From positions 558,001 through 622,000 of the forward strand of contig NW_026515670.1 in NCBI RefSeq assembly GCF_025526975.1: 64,000 bases of DNA, read 5' to 3'. Source of the DNA: Fimicolochytrium jonesii (Eukaryota). The first letter of the stretch is position 1. Each line of letters begins with the position of its first letter. A model generated the notes under the pieces. That model saw only the letters and a program-made list of their open reading frames with translations. It was not told the DNA's origin and made no database searches. Position numbers and translations under genes: made by a program. Below are positions 63,083 to 64,000 of this stretch, piece by piece.

Positions 63083-64000
63083 TCACAGCAAATCCGATGA
63101 CGCCGGATAAAGCATGCGAGTGGCCGCTTGCCATCGCAACGTTCCACTGAGTGAATTCAGCGTGCCTTCACTGCTACTAAAAGAGACTCCAAACGCGACC
63201 TCCCCATCCCTATCGGGCATCTCGATGCCCTCCCCGTCCTCAAAGCTGCTTTCGCTGATGGTGTCTAGTGTGTGCGGCATAAAGTCCGCCAAGGCGGATT
63301 CGTAGTCCGATGGCTCGTAGCAGCCGTCGATGGCCTGCTCTTCGTCTTGATCTTCCTCAACTTCTGCGACTTCGACGATATCACACTCTTGTTCGTGCTC
63401 ATCGCCATCGGCTTCGGATTTCCAGGATACGACGGTGATTTCGGACGACTCGTCCCATTCCAAGCTGGCTTCCTGAGTATGCTTGTTGCTACGCAAGGGA
63501 GGACAGAGAAGGGTGGAGTCCTACAAATCGCGTCCGTTAGGTTCGCTTTCAGATTCAAGCGATCAACAATACGGATCTACCTTTCTGTCTTTGAGCATAT
63601 ACTGAATGGCAGCCATATGTAGCTCAGATCGCGTCTTCCGGAAAGACTCATCATTCGTGACGTGCACGTTCGTAACCATACCCAATCCATCCGCACCGGT
63701 CGGAGATCCCGTAGCACTCTTCCCACCTCCATCCATCGAAAACTCCGAATCGGGATCATTTTCAAACGAAGACGAGCGGTTTCCGTACATATCGACTTCG
63801 ATCGTAGGCATAGACGTCTGCGGAGTCATGTACATGGCCTCCCTGGACAGATCTGGTTGAATCGGGGCGACAATGTATCGAACAATCGGCCTGTTTTCGT
63901 AATCGGAGGATAGTTCGGTGGACTCCCATGACGTATCATCTAATATTGGGTCGGGATGCGGGAAGTAGGAGTTGGGAGCATGGCGCGCTGTTGCGGGTGC
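63083..64000 (-). CDS. Hypothetical acidic protein, 3' part; the 5' end lies beyond the window
   Basis: The frame is open from 64000 to 63581. An intron at 63521-63580 (GTAGAT...CTAAC...TAG) leads in frame into an acidic exon. Confidence 0.6.

Overview
Intron-rich eukaryotic DNA with short GT-AG introns and CTRAC-type branch sites. It is most consistent with a fungus, possibly an early-diverging one such as a chytrid; that assignment is an inference from gene content. The window holds about 22 protein-coding genes, two identical intron-containing tRNA-Tyr genes in inverted orientation and one small non-autonomous DNA transposon. The main finding is at the left end (1-8633): three co-oriented glycan-related genes. 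They are an SLC35A-like nucleotide-sugar transporter, GDP-mannose 4,6-dehydratase, and a gene whose exons splice in frame into one ~1139-aa protein. That protein joins a second nucleotide-sugar transporter, a membrane anchor, a bacterial-looking GT2 domain and a degenerate GT4-like domain. Other unusual items are an SH3-septin-like GTPase fusion, a secreted YjiK/SdiA-regulated-like protein and a TA-flanked MITE carrying telomeric repeats. Exon boundaries were read by eye, and family calls come from recognised motifs rather than database searches.
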